A stretch of DNA of 64,000 nucleotides from Octopus sinensis (Eukaryota), in NCBI RefSeq assembly GCF_006345805.1, contig NC_043001.1, positions 124,496,001 to 124,560,000 on the forward strand, given 5' to 3'. Each line of letters begins with the position of its first letter. The first letter of the stretch is position 1. Positions 25,571 to 40,427 of the stretch are shown here, piece after piece. The notes under the pieces are model-generated. The model was given only the letters and a program-made list of their open reading frames with translations, had not been told where the DNA came from and ran no database searches. The position numbers and the translations under genes were made by a program.

Positions 25571-26287
25571 CTTTTTACTCTTTTACTCTTTTACTTGTTT
25601 CAGTCATTTGACTGCGGCCATGCTGGAGCACCGCCTTTACTCGAGCAACTCGACCCCGGGACTTATTCTTTTGTAAGCCCAGTACTTATTCTATCGGTCT
25701 CTTTTGCCGAACCGCTAGGTAACGGGGACATAAACACACCAGCATCGGTTGTCAAGCAATGCTAGGGGGACAAACACAGACACGCATATATATGTATACA
25801 TATATACGACGGGCTTCTTTCAGTTTCCGTCTACCAAATCCACTCACAAGGCTTTGGTCGGCCCGAGGCTATAGTAGAAGACACTTGCCCAAGGTGCCAC
25901 GCAGTGGGACTGAACCCGGGACCATGTGGTTGGTAAAGAAGCTACTTACCACACAGCCACCCCTGTGCCTCATGTGTATCATTAACGTAAATATCACGTA
26001 AAACACATCTGATAGGCTTCCACGCCACCTCCGTCTACCCAATTTCATTCGCGGGTTGACCGCAGGTATCGCGAATGGTGTTTGCGAAGATGCCACGCAG
26101 CCGGACGAAGCATGGAACTTTGTAGTTACGAAGTGAACTTCGAAACAATTCTGTCCCATTGTGCCTATTATATGATGTGCCTATTATATATGTATGTATA
26201 AGTATGTATGTATATATAAATATGTATATATATATATATTTATATATATATACATATATAAAGATATATAAAGATATATATATATAC

Positions 26288-26371
<84 letters not shown>

Positions 26372-26443
26372 CATACATACATATATACATAATATGTGTG
26401 TGTGTACGAAAATGATAGCAAAGATACGAACAATTATCTGACG

Positions 26444-26651
26444 GACTTCATTAGCTTACAGCCATTTCCTCTATTCAATGTTGTGGACTAGTAGTTGAAC
26501 GTCTGGTTAACACCTTACAGTTTCATCACAGCCTAAAACAAGGTGCTTCATGTTTGAGACTCTGATGAAGCTGTAAGATTCTTTTTTACTCAGACACTCA
26601 ACTATGAGTTCGTCATATCCTATAGTGGAAACTGTTGTAAGCTAATGAAGT
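26444..26651. mobile_element. Imperfect palindromic MITE-like element
   Basis: Outer inverted repeat cttcattagcttaca / tgtaagctaatgaag; inner inverted repeat cttacagtttcatca / tgatgaagctgtaag. Confidence 0.55.
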
Positions 26652-27589
26652 TCATAAGATAATCGTATATTCTTTTGTGTTCTCTTTTCTTATTGCCGCT
26701 CTGTACACACACACATATATGTTTCTTTCTATCTATCCATCTATCTATCTATCTCTCTCTCTCTATTATATCATATATATATAGGCAAACACTATCTGAG
26801 AGAGATCTTCTAAGTATAGAAATAGCTGAAGAAATTTCTTTAGCTGCTATTTCTAATGAGTTCAGTATGTGGCAAAGTAATTATTTTACTAAGCCATATA
26901 TAATGTAATATTTTGAATCGCTATAATGGTCCCTTTACATACTGAACACTGGTGAAACTGATTAATAATTAATTATTTACCCTCAATTGTTGAAATTATA
27001 ATTCATCTCTTTTAGCTAAATTCTGCGGTTTTCACTGTTAATACTTGTGTTTGTCAATTTTAACCCACGCTGGTGGAAAGAGGGAGAGCAGAAATTCTTC
27101 GCTTGCATATTCGAATTTGATAGCACTTTAGTTCGAGAGAATTCTATAGGTGATAGAAGCCGAAAGGGTATGCTCCGACTTTAAGTGTTCCCAAATCCGA
27201 TTCAAGGAATTCTGAGCTGAAGAAAGAAATGTCGAATTGACTAATCTAGAAACGTACGTTCTCAAATAACCTTTGCACTTGATTTTTTAATGTTTTTTCC
27301 CCCATACTTTTGTGAGTTGTTTAGGCAAACACTATCTGAGAGAGATCTTCTTTAAGTATTAGAAATAGCTGAAGAAATTTCTTTAGCTGCTATTTCTAAT
27401 GAGTTCAGTATGTGGCAAAGTAAATTATTTTACTAAGCCCTTATATTAAGTAATTTTTGAATCGCCTATAATGGTCCCTTTACATACTGAACACTTGGTG
27501 AAACTGATAATAATTAATTAATTTACCTCAAGTTGAATTATATAATATATATCTATATATATAATATAATATATATATATATATATAGG

Positions 27590-27770
27590 AAGAGTTCACG
27601 AAAAAAGCAAAAGACGAAGACAGGTGGTGTACAAAACAAACAGATGTATTAGTATAACGCTCAGATAGAAAAAGTCTTTTACGTTTCGAGCCTACGCTTT
27701 TCTAAAGAAAGGGACATAGAAAAAAAGGAGAAAAACAAGTAGAGAAAAAATGTGTAGTGGCTACCGATCT
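27590..27770 (-). mobile_element. Possible Penelope-like pseudo-LTR fragment
   Basis: Minus strand aagcgtaggctcGAAAcgt hairpin motif resembles PLE terminal regions; family assignment is from memory. Confidence 0.35.
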
Positions 27771-27903
27771 ATATATATGTATATATACACACACACACAC
27801 GCATACGCAAATACAAACACACTCACACACTCACACAAGCATTCGCCTTGTCTTTCCCTCTATCTCCATCTCTCCATGTCTCTTCCTCTCTCTTCCCATT
27901 CTC

Positions 27904-27934
<31 letters not shown>

Positions 27935-28479
27935 TCATTTTCTCCACTCTCTCTCTTAATTTATCATAGTCTATTAAACTTATTTTCTACTTCCATCGTT
28001 TTTTTTGCTATCCAATTCAATCATTATTTTTAGAGTTATAACGATTTCAAGTAATTTTCTTTCGATAATTCCAGTATAAGTTTCATGTTTGTTTTTCATT
28101 TTTTGATTTTGTTCTTAATTTTAATTTTTCATGCAATTAATTTTATTCCATTCAATTCAATTAATTATCATTGCATTCAGTTACAGGCAAATCTTTTCAG
28201 ATATTGAATGCAAGGTATAATATCCGCTTCGCTTATGCTAAAGGTGTGAAATTCTAAATAATTTACTTACAATTGACAAACTTTCATCAGAATATCAAAT
28301 TGTATATGCAGTTATATATACAATAAAGGAAAACTGGCGCAGCCATGGCTATGTAGTAAGCTGTTTGCTTCCCAAATACATGGTACCGGGTTAAGTCCAC
28401 ATTGAGTCCACCTTAAGTAAGTGTCTTCTACCATAGTTCCGGATCAATTGAAACCTTATGTTTGAATTTGGTAATATAT

Positions 28480-29043
28480 ATTAAGTTGTCCGCAAAGTTC
28501 GTGTCGATTTATAGTAGCTTAACTTTCGACTTATTTTAGAACATGGTTGAGTCCATAAAATAGGATTTGACTACACCTCCATTTAGAGCACAGTTTAAGT
28601 AATCCTTTCGTGGAAGAAGGTTTATGTTTCTATAACCTGTGTTAATTTTGTAACCCTTTAAAATGGAAGATAAGAAAGTTCATTTTCAGCAGTTGATGCT
28701 TTGGGAACCAGACAAAAATTGCTGCAGCTCGGCTAGGTTATGTTACCCGACCCTCCATATTTACTAGATATTGCTCCTTCAGATTTCCACTTATTCAGAT
28801 CTCTGCAGAATAGTCTTAATGGTAAAAATTTCAATTCCTTGAATGACGTAAAGAGATATCTTGATGAATTTTTTGCCACGAAACTACCTCAATTCTGGGA
28901 AGAGGGTATTTTCAAATTAAAGGAAAGATGGAGACGCATTGTGCAACAAAATGGTTCATATGTGGTTGATTAAAAATGTAATGGCAATTATTTATTGACC
29001 TTTTTCTTGCCATTAAAAATCGGCATGAACTTTCCGGACAACC
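28480..29043 (+). mobile_element. Internally deleted mariner element with both TIRs
   Basis: PPYLLDIAPSDFHLFRSLQNSL...GIFKLKERWRRIVQQNGSY (YSPDLAPSD-like); TIRs gttgtccgcaaagttcgtgtcgattt / aaatcggcatgaactttccggacaac. Confidence 0.9.
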
Positions 29044-30311
29044 GAAGAAAAGTAAAACCGAAAACAAGATTTCGCACACTGTCAGTTAGAGTTTCACATT
29101 ACTGTTCATCAGGCAGTACTGATAATTGAGACTAATAAAGAAACTTATATATTGTGATCACATATAGGCGTTTATGGGTTCAATTTCAACGAATAAGTTT
29201 TAAAAGTGATTGAGTAATTATTTGACAAAAAAATGACGGAGTGCAATGGGAAGGAACTGGAAATTGATTTTAACGGCGAAATAAATTTAAACAATAGGCG
29301 CAGGAGTGGCTGTGTGGTAAGTAGCTTGTTTACCAACCACATGGTTCCGGGTTCAGTCCCACTGCGTGACACCTTGGGCAAGTGTCTTCTACTGTAGCCT
29401 CGGGCCGACCAAAGCCTTGTGAGTGGATTTGGTAGACGGAAACTGAAAGAAGCTCGTCGTGTATATGTATATATATGTACGTATATGTGTATGTGTGCGT
29501 GTATGTTTGTGTTTGTCCCCCTAGCATTGCTTGACAACCGATGTTGGTGTGTTTATGTCCCCGTCACTTAGCAGTGCGGCAAAAGAGACCGATAGAACGA
29601 GTTGCTCGATTAAAAGTCGGTGCTCCAGCATGGCCGCAGTCAAATGACTGAAACAAGTAAAAGAGTAAAAGGGTAAGAGTAATAGTTAAATAATAAAAAA
29701 TACTTTGAGTAAAAGATATGCAATACAAGCAAAAGATTATATGGGGATTAAGAATTTGCAAGTAATTAAAAAGGGTATAATAAAAATAGGCTGAATAGTA
29801 AAAGCTATAGCTAAAAGTGAAATATGAAAACGAATAAAAATATTATAACAATAACAACAATTCTAAGATAGGCACCAGGCTTAACATTTTGGAGGAAGGA
29901 CAAGTCAATTACATTGACAACAGCACTCAACTGGTATTTATTTCACCGAACCTGAAAGGATGAAAGGCAAAGTCGACCTCTGCGGAATGTCTCTAAGCAT
30001 TTTGCCCGAGGGGAAAAAACATAAATAAAAATAATGATAATAACAATAATAATAATAATAATAATAAAATAATAATAATATAATGATGATGATGATGATG
30101 ACGATGATGATAATAATAATAATCCTTTCTACTTAAGGCTGAAATTTGGGGGAGGGTGATAGTTGATTACATCAACCCCAGTGCTTCACTGGTACTTTAT
30201 TTATCGACCCTGAAAGGCGACCTTGGCAGAATCTGAAATAAGAACGTAATGACGGACGAGATGCCGCTAAGCATTTTACCCGGTGTGCTAACCCAGTCCG
30301 CTGCCTTTTAT

Positions 30312-31150
<839 letters not shown>

Positions 31151-31919
31151 ATAATAATAATAATAATAATAATAATAATATAATAATAATAATAATAATA
31201 ATAATGAATAAAAAGAAGTGCTGGTCTTTGTCTTTGTTCCCCAACACTGCTTGACAACCGATGTGGGTTTGTTTGCTTCGCTGTAAATATGCACAGGACT
31301 TTTAAAAATTAGTACTGGAGTTGATTCGTTTCATTTGCAATAATAAACTCTTCAAAGCCGCGCCCCAGCGTGGCTGCAGTCCAGTGACTGAAACCAATAA
31401 CAGAAAAGATATCTCTACGTGCATAAACCAGTTCTCCATTCTCAGTAGATATATTTAGATTTAGTAATGAAGTTGCCTTCCTAGTTATTTTCGATTTCTT
31501 AATTTTGCCGCTACTTATTCGGCGAAGTCTTTTCTTCACTGAAACCTATATTAGAGACTAGCGCTATTATTATAAATGGCGTTAAAGTTATCAATCACGG
31601 CAGAAACTAGAATGAATATGTCTCATTTAATTAGATATGTTATACGGTGTTGCCCGTAAGCATAGAGAACTCATTGCAATGATTTTGTGTTCTGATTGCA
31701 TTTCTGACGCTAAAATAACACTTCGTAGTCAGATAGTCTAAAGCATATTGTAGTAAATTTCTGCTCATACTACTATAATATACCGATCGGCTTTGATCGA
31801 TCTGTGCAATTGAGTCATGTTTTACATTTACGTACAAAAGTTACCTTTAGTTTTGCATTTGATTTAGTTTATTATATTATGTCTAGAGGCCAAACAACAT
31901 ACTGCTGTGCTCTCATCCA

Positions 31920-32090
<171 letters not shown>

Positions 32091-32220
32091 CATCTACATT
32101 TCTCTTTTACTCTCTTTTCTTTCTTTCTTCTTTTCTTTCTCTTTCTATGCCTACATATCTATATATATATATATATTATATATATCTATATATATTATAT
32201 ATATATATAATATTATATAG

Positions 32221-32278
<58 letters not shown>

Positions 32279-32570
32279 CGTGTGTGTGTGTGGTGTATAT
32301 TAAGAAAAAAAAGTGAGTGAGTATATCAATGCATCTGATCACACATACATATATATATATAGTGGGTTGCACACACTAAATAGATATGTATGTTTAGTGT
32401 TTCTTTTGCAATTTTTAATTCTTTTTTGCGTCGTGTCTGCGTCGTTTGTGATAGATATTTTCCAGAACAGTCATTGCTTTATTGCATGTCTGACTGCAGA
32501 ACAAATATTGCCAGGGCCTTCCTACAAAAATCTAACTTCGATTTTCTCACTTTTTACACGCAAAGGACAA

Positions 32571-32606
<36 letters not shown>

Positions 32607-32783
32607 ACACAAACATTCACACACACATATGCAGACGGAACATACGTATATATATATATAGGTATGCGTATATATGTGCATACATTAATGCATAATACAT
32701 ACAAAGTTGTGTGTGTATATTTATATATGTATATATTATATAATATATATATATATATATAATATATTATATAGATATATACA

Positions 32784-32819
<36 letters not shown>

Positions 32820-32895
32820 TTACACACACATATATAATATATACATACATACACACATACATACATATCTAGATATCTCTACATATATGCGTATA

Positions 32896-33398
32896 GGGAT
32901 CTTTACCTTTTGACCGGCAGATTTAGGAAATAATTTTTTCCTAACTAAACACTTTCAAACTTCGTATACTGGTAGAATGTGTCATAAAACATCTTTTACT
33001 CTTAGCGCTTTTGAGAAAAGTTTATATTTACGATGTTATTTCGTGTTAAAGTTGTCGTATTTCGGTTATTTCAACCAATGAATGACGTTTATTCAGCTGA
33101 ATAAAATTACTACTGTTGTTTGTCAACATCATCTTCCGGTCGTGTATATTTCGTCGATAGTTGTTGTTGATAAACAACGGCAGTAATTTTATTAATCTGA
33201 ATACACGTCATTCATTGGTTGAAATTACCGAAATACGACAACTTTAACACGAAATAACATCGTAAATATAAACTTTTCTCAAAAACGCTAGGAGGAAAAG
33301 CTGTTTTACATGTCACATTCTACCAGTGTCCAAATTTTGAAAGTGTTTAGTTACAAAAAATTAATTTCTCGATCTGCCGGTCAAAGGGTAAAGATCCG
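32896..33398. mobile_element. About 500-bp fold-back MITE with about 220-bp TIRs, TA-flanked
   Basis: ggatctttaccttttgaccggcagat... mirrored by ...atctgccggtcaaagggtaaagatcc; long imperfect arms. Confidence 0.85.
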
Positions 33399-34073
33399 CA
33401 TATAGTAATAATAATAATGATACTAATCCTTGGATGGAATTTCTAAATACTAGCACATGCTCGCTGCAACCGCCAAACACTGGTATTACCAGTTGGCATC
33501 ATTGGGCTTAAAGGATATTAGCTCATATATATAGGAGTGTGTGTGTGTAGTTTCTCCATCACTGTGTGTAGTCCACTTAAGCACTCGGTAAATTGATGAG
33601 CAGAGGGGAATTGTCACAGTAAGCTCCTCCGAATGACTTGTGAATCAGTGCACATAGTATTTTGTGAAGAGTATATAAAAACACAGGCGTGTTCGTATGT
33701 ATGGACATATTATATTTGTTTTCACAGGGACCTAAATGCTCGTGGTTTATTGAAATAAGCGTTGATGTGAATTATTGCGCAGTTGTAAGGTTTTAGTCGA
33801 ATTACACGGGTTAAACGGATTCATGTGGATGTTGTTTAGGTGCAGAGCATCCCGGAATAAGCCTATATATGCTTCTGAGCGCGCCTGTGTTTGAGAGTGC
33901 ATGCGCGTGTGTGTGTGTGTGTGTGTGTTAGTGTTTGCATATATTTATGTTTATACGCATATACATATACATAAACATACCTATACAGATACACACACGC
34001 ATATATATAAAGGATCATATTCGGTAAAAATTTTGTATAATTATAATAAAGGGTTTCCATATATATTTATAAT

Positions 34074-34141
<68 letters not shown>

Positions 34142-36711
34142 ATATATAAATTATCTATGTGTGTGTATTCTCGCACATATACACACATATATTTATATAA
34201 GGTTACATTATTCAATGTGTCGTTTTTTAAGATAAAAGAATTATACTTGAGAAAAATATGTCTGCTATTTCTAGCAGGTGTAATCATAACAATGGCTCAT
34301 ATCTGACTCATATAAAAGGTTTTATGTAAAAGTTATTCACTATTGCCTGTTACCTAACAAACATAGTAATTATTTTAATGTAGGAATTCCTTTCTTGTGA
34401 TACATTAATGCAAAATCCACTGAAGATATTCTTCAATCTTCTTCAAGCTACAATCATTCGAATGAGAAATAAATTCATGATTAATGGATGTTGTTTTATC
34501 CGTATAGCTGTTCACTAGATTGTAGATAGTTTCATACCTTCATTCATGATTGAAGGTTTTTATGCGTTCACATATGTGGTATCTCTCTCTGTATTTTTTC
34601 CTTCTAGGATTAACTGCTTTTTTACTTCTTTCGCTCGCTTCATTTATTTTGCATAATGCAAACCATTTCCTTGAAGATGATTTCAATATACTATATTTTA
34701 TTGATAAACGCTCCCTTATTATACAATCCTCTGTATCTAAGGAAACCAATATTTTATGCTGTGACTTCTGGATTTCTTTCGATTAATGAAGAAATTTCCC
34801 GGTAGCGCTTATGAAGAGAATACTATAGTGTATGTTGAAGGACAAATAAAATTGCTTCTACATTGCATATTGATATCATGTTCCACAAATGCTTTCAAAT
34901 TTTAGCAAAATGTCAGAAGTTTTTAATGGAAGATAGCAAGTCGATTATATCGATTACTTGGCTGGTACTTTATTTCATCAACCGCAAAAGGATAAGAGAT
35001 AAAGTCAACCTTTGCGTAATTTGAACTCAGAACATAAAGAGTTAGAAGAAATGTCGTTGTGAACGCTGATATCAACTTTGGAATAGAACACAATATATGT
35101 TAGACAATGTTCAACACTATTCGTTTTGCATTACGTATTTGATACTTACCATATCCTACAAAGTAATGCTGATATTATATATATATATATATATATATAC
35201 GAAAGAAGGTTTGAAAATGCAATTTAAAAGATGTTTATTTACTTTACCGGTTTCACTCTTTGGAAAAAGATTGTCAAAAGTAACATGTGGAAGTTTGGTT
35301 GCGTTAATTATTGGTTGTTGCAAATTGCTACATTACATATATACATACAGTCTTTGGTAACAGGGACATGTTAAGGACATAAAAAAGTTCAACAAGCTGG
35401 ACGAAATAATTAAGAGAATGTCACAAACATTGTACATAACCCTTTTTATTACGGGTACAAGGCCTGAAATTTGTTGGGAGAGAGTTAACCGATTACAGTG
35501 CTGAAGTGCCTGAGCTCAACTTGTACATATTTTATCGACCCCGAAAGGATGAAAGACAAAGCCGATCTCGGTGGCATTTGAACTCAGAACGTAAATCTGG
35601 AAGAAATTCCGGGGTGCATTCTGCTCGGCATACTAACGATTCTGCCAGCTAACTGCCACAAGAGTAGCTTGGAGGAGGTAGGGATGAGTCGATTACATCG
35701 ACCTCAATGTTCAACTGGTACTTATTTTATCAATCTCGAAAATATGAAAGACAAAGTCGATTTCGGCGGAATTTGAACTCAGAACGTAGCGACGGACGAA
35801 ATACCGCTTAGAATTTCGTCCAACATGCTAACCAACTCTGCCAGCTCACCGCCTTAACATTGTATTTAATAATCCTTTCTACTGGAGGTACAAGGCTTAA
35901 GATTTGTGTGGAGGGGACTTAGTCGATCCATCGACCCTAGTGTTTCACTGGTGCTTAATTTATCGATCCAGAAAAGATCAAAGGTAATGTGGACCTCGGG
36001 GGAATTTGAACTCCGAACGTAGCGACAGGCGAAGTACCGCTAAGCATGCTAACAGCATGATAACAAATCATCCAGCTCGCCACCTTAACATTGTAATAAA
36101 TAATATACGCAAAAGTAGCCGTGAGAATTGCTATAAGTGACTGAAGCAAAGCAGTCAAAGTCACCACCAGAACTGGAAAATAACAGCTAAATTAATTTTA
36201 ACATATTGATCACAGAAAAGAAAATTAATATTAATTATACTGTGAGAGAAAAAATGGCATTCTTTCATTAACTAATATTTATATGATTTATATTGAAGCT
36301 CATTTTGTTATTAATTTCAAAGCAAATTGACCGAAACCAGAACTAAAACTTCTCGGATCATTCCATTTCTTTCCGGTATCAATTATTACGTTTCAATGGC
36401 TTCATATACAGAGAGTAATATTCTGTTAACGCTGCCTCTGTTTGTGATTCCGCTGATGACGACATCACGCCAATATTTTACTGTTACAAGCGCTAAAAAC
36501 GTGGGGCAGTGTACAGATGGCTTATTAAATACATGAAACAGAATTTATCTATTCGGATCTTTAAATTATAAGATTTATTTTGCAATGGGAATTAACGAAG
36601 TGAATGTGAAAAAAAATCATAATGCAAATGTACAATATTGCGCATGAGCAGTTGGCTAGTTTATTCCTTGCTGGGATAGTATAATCTGACCGAATCGTGT
36701 TCACCGTTTAC

Positions 36712-36719
36712 CTTGCCAT
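36712..36719 (-). CDS. Putative start codon (ATG GCA AG, 'MAR') at the end of a mostly untranslated exon 36811-36712
   Basis: Acceptor ttatctttattcacttgaag|G at 36811; all frames closed early in the exon; ATGGCAAG|gtaaac gives phase 2, matching the 23581 exon. Confidence 0.4.
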
Positions 36720-37586
36720 CTGTATATCTCGGTAATTCCCTTCAATTATATATTATTTCTTTAAAATTTAATTTGAGTTAGTTCGCGTAATTGTAAGGGT
36801 TGATATGTAGCCTTCAAGTGAATAAAGATAATCAAAAGTATCAATATATATAATAGATATACTTCTAACAAACATGCATTCCTTTGCATACAAGCACAAA
36901 CGCATATCAATTCTAATACACACACACATGTATGGATATAAAGATATATATATATGCATGTATAAGTACGTGTACACACACACATACGCACTCGAAGACA
37001 CACACATTTGGGGAGAGTGCGTATAAGAAGGCTTCAGTACACAAAGGTTTGAATGCAGGTAGAAAAGCTAAATATTTATTTAAACGAAAGCAGAACGGTT
37101 GTTAACTTGAAGTTTCTCAGGCAGCAGGTCGTCAAACGGAATTCCAATCATATCACGAAATGTCGATACCCTTAGGTATATTAAGGGCACTTTCATGTGT
37201 ACGATATATTGAATTCCTCTCGGAGGAAATAATTAATATATGCAAAAACAAAAAAAGTTGATATTACTAGAAGGAAATAATGATACAAGAAAACTTTGCC
37301 ACATTCGAGAAAGATTGAAGACCTACAATCAGAATTAAATATATGATGATATCTACTATCCTCTGGATTGCTATAAGGTTGAAACGGAATCCGTTAATCA
37401 TGGATTTATTTCTCCTTCGAATGATGAGAACTTCATGAACGAATTTTACAGTATTATATCATAAGATAATTCCTACATTGAGAAAATTACTTTAGTTGTT
37501 ATGTAGTAAATATAAGCGAATTATTGTTTTCATAAAACATGTTGAAAGGAGTCAAATATGTGACATTACAAATTGTTTAATATGTT

Positions 37587-37660
<74 letters not shown>

Positions 37661-38564
37661 TACAGACATATATATATACACACACAAACACACATATATA
37701 TATACACACACACACATATACACACACATACACACACACACACATGTATATATATATATATACACACACATAAAGTAATTGCTACTACTAGTTTCATAAA
37801 TCGGAGACACGATAATTTGGCAGATTTATGTAGAGTGCTTTGTGTCTCTAAGCAGTCTCTCTGGCTGGCACACATGGATAGTCCTATTTGAACATCAGGA
37901 AGCTGGTCCGTGAGAAAAGCAAAAGTCGAAACAAAATCTGGAAAAAGAAGACAGAGAGTGAATAAAAACAGAGTAAAAAAGAAAGGAAAGAAAAGAAAGC
38001 AAAGCGTTGCGTTCCCTTTGTCAGCAGACAGCCTGATAAATCTAGCTGGTTTCGAACACTTCAACGGTGGAGCGGTCAAAATCTGCCGTACAGCTCCTCA
38101 AAAAAAAAATTAATAAATAACGTAGTGGGTGTTGTCCTACATTTCGACAATAGAAATTTGCACATATGCTTGCATTGCGCTGAAAATATGTATGTGTGTA
38201 AAATTGAAAGGTACCGCTCCAATGAAAATATATACGGAAGAGAATTTGAAAATGCAGAGGTCTTTTAAAGATGTTTATTGACTTGGCCGGTTTCACTTAT
38301 TTTTAAAAAAGATTTTCAAAAGTAAAATATACGATTCTGTGTAGCCTTTGTGGTGTTTAAAATTAGTTGACATAGATGTATTAAAATACACTGATAGAGT
38401 CTTTGACAATGATAAAAAAATGTTAAGAGGGATTTTGTACTTAAACAGTTTACATAAAAGTGTTCAAAATAGGTAGTAAAATAAATTCCTAATTATTTAT
38501 AAGTACATCAACAATCATGATTGTATATAAGCATATATACAGAAAGAATTTGTAGACTTATTTG

Positions 38565-38658
38565 ATACTGTTAGTCAAAACATCATCAGAAATCATATTT
38601 AAATATTTATACAGAATTTTAGGGGAATGACCAATCATTTTTCTTCATCTCCAGTCTC

Positions 38659-38700
<42 letters not shown>

Positions 38701-38790
38701 GAGACTGGAGATGAAGAAAAACGATTGGTCATTCCCCTAAAATTCTGTATAAATATTTAAATATGATTTCTGATGATGTTTTGACTAACA

Positions 38791-38794
<4 letters not shown>
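38565..38794. repeat. 230-bp palindrome centred on (TA)20
   Basis: 95-bp arms 38565-38659 and 38700-38794 with one mismatch. Confidence 0.95.
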
Positions 38795-38828
<34 letters not shown>

Positions 38829-38907
38829 TAATCAAAAGACATACTAAGTATGTCTACCTACTGGAAATAACAGTCGAAACTCTTATATGTATATGTGTGT
38901 GTGTATG

Positions 38908-38963
<56 letters not shown>

Positions 38964-39258
38964 TGTGCGTGTGTGTATAGAAGGTTGAAAAGGAATACAT
39001 AAGTTAATATGTATAAGGAAAAAAGTCAAGATAGAAAATGCTAAAATAATTTTATCATAAAAAAGATTTTTGTATTGGTTTCAGTGATTGAGACTTTTCA
39101 ACTCTGAGTATGGATAACAAGTAAATTTTGGAAAAAAATTAAATGAAAATCTTTTAAAAGAATATTTGCATAGTATTGAAATAGAAGGGGAATTTTCCTT
39201 GTTTCGGCCTGTCTCTGATAGGAGTACAAACACAGACACAAAGTCAAACACACACACA

Positions 39259-39336
<78 letters not shown>

Positions 39337-39558
39337 TAAGAACAATCTTACTTAGAAATGGATGCGTGCGTTCCGTCATATAATAAATTAATAATAAAAT
39401 AAAACATATGCATATATACATACATATATGTACGTACCTACATCTACATGTATATATACATGCATATATGGGTACAGGACACAAAAAACGCAATGAGAAA
39501 CGAAAACATAAATACAAAACCAAGGAAATGGAAATTTTTCTTGGAGTGCAGGACATAC

Positions 39559-40110
39559 AATACAAGGAAAATTCCCCTTTTTCAGCCGCCTTTGTTTCAT
39601 CTACTCCGCGTTTTGAAGGTCAAGCCGAGACACGACTTTAATGAAACTTTCCTTCCCGCGAAAAGCAAATTAAATAAAATTTGAGATTTTTTTGGTAACA
39701 AAAACAGGACAGTAACGACAGTACAAAATATAAACAGTAAAAGACAGGACAAGGAGAATAACGGTAACACAGACAAGAAGGGTTGTTAAACCGAACGAGA
39801 TAAAATATTACGAACACTATTTTTGAGAACGGCGAAGGAGCCACAGAAAATGCCGTCTAGACTTGAAGGAAGCCAGGTCAGAAAGACAGTAGCAGAGCTG
39901 TCGTCGCGAGTCAACGACGGGAGGGAGGAGGAGGAGCAAGAGAAAGGGAGAGAGAAAAAAGGGAATGGTTGTAGAGAAAACCAGAAAGAATGAAGAATGA
40001 GAGAGAGAGAGAGAGGGTGGGGGGGAAAGACAGTAAGATAGAAGAAAAGGAAACCCGAAAGAATGAAGGCTGAGAAAGGGAGGGGGACAGAAAGGTTAAG
40101 AGTGCCGATC
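39559..40110 (-). promoter_or_regulatory. Candidate promoter / first non-coding exon of the minus-strand gene
   Basis: Local CpG cluster (gtcgtcgcgagtcaacgacggg), long CT-rich tract on the minus strand, non-repetitive UTR-like sequence, donor ATT|gtatgt at 39559. Confidence 0.4.
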
Positions 40111-40380
40111 ATTATTAATATTGCTTATTTTGATTATAATCATCCCAATTTGAATTATATGGATAATATCATACTAAATTCAGGTGCCTTTAACTTTAGT
40201 ACCATATTCATCTCAATCTAAATTTTATTGAACTTATATATATATATATATATATATGTATATGTGAGTGTGTGTATGTATGTATGTTTGCATGTATGTA
40301 TGTATGTATGTATGTATATATGTATGTATGCATGTATTTGTGCGTGTGACTGTAGATATAAATACATACACACACGCGCA

Positions 40381-40413
<33 letters not shown>

Positions 40414-40427
40414 CATATATATATATA

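Noticed and set aside
31400-31535. Minus-strand KKRLRRISSGKIKKSKITRK... exon candidate
   Set aside because: No good donor, and its phases do not fit the gene model
33730-33786. Plus-strand 57-nt exon-like GPKCSWFIEISVDVNYCAV
   Set aside because: Isolated; such pseudo-exons are expected by chance in AT-rich DNA
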